Shown here: piece by piece, positions 63,707-64,000 of the stretch | How positions within the stretch are numbered: position 1 is the stretch's first letter | Layout: each line of letters begins with the position of its first letter | Source: Saccostrea cucullata | Lineage: Eukaryota | Length of the DNA stretch: 64,000 bases | Direction of reading: 5' to 3' | NCBI RefSeq assembly: GCF_032062105.1 | Contig: NW_026923231.1 | Span: forward strand, 62,001-126,000 | Program-made: the position numbers and the translations under genes | The notes under the pieces: model-generated | Databases searched by the model: none | The model's input: only the letters and a program-made list of their open reading frames with translations | What the model was told of the DNA's origin: nothing

Positions 63707-64000
63707 CTAGATAAGTATGATAGTTGTTTCCTTTATTGATCATTTTAAGCAACGCCTTTCTTAAATACCTGCCATCTGTATTCAGGAGATGTAAACATAA
63801 ACCCGACCCAATCTCTCTTTCCTGGAGATACAGAATTTTCAATTGTCTTTTATTTAAGGCCATGGAGTGTGTCGTGTGTCGTTTGTTCTTGTTTGAAAAT
63901 TTTCAGTTTCTTTTCTGCATCCACTAAACCAAATTTAGCATAAAATCATGTATTGATACATGTAAAAGAAACAGAAATGTGAATTTCATGGTCGGTCCCC

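Noticed and set aside
1-64000. Remaining 60-100 aa ORFs in the track
   Set aside because: F/I/L/K/Y-rich composition is expected by chance in AT-rich non-coding DNA; many start at TTG/GTG and lack splice or homology support.

Overview
This is eukaryotic, AT-rich, intron- and repeat-dense DNA. Its repeats (Helentron/HINE-type elements, Meta/Deu-type SINEs, a Penelope-like RT fragment) point to a bivalve, probably an oyster, which is my inference. There are no prokaryotic genes or CRISPR arrays. Plus strand: the 3' part of a ROCO-type (Roc-COR) gene, with a large COR exon at 2376-3528, a 60-bp exon and two candidate alternative terminal exons that recur as open-frame orphan copies at about 53.4-54.0 kb. 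Minus strand: a tandem cluster of four paralogues (A-D) of a small (~200 aa) MEGF10/Nimrod-like protein, reconstructed exon by exon from splice phases. A (12895-14665) and D (59023-61120) are complete type I receptors with signal peptide, CCxG[YF]xW motif, EGF-like module, TM and an acidic YxxI tail. B (23444-24492) is a chimera with two phase-identical copies of exon 2 and no TM exon. C (38243-38924) is frameshifted. The rest is segmental duplication and many DNA transposons: a triple nest (MITE in CACTA-like in Spy-like), a decayed Tc1 transposase, and four diverged ~1-kb elements sharing CGCAG-N5-WTAAGG termini, 2-bp TSDs and a conserved internal motif layout. All gene models are hand-derived and have no transcript support.
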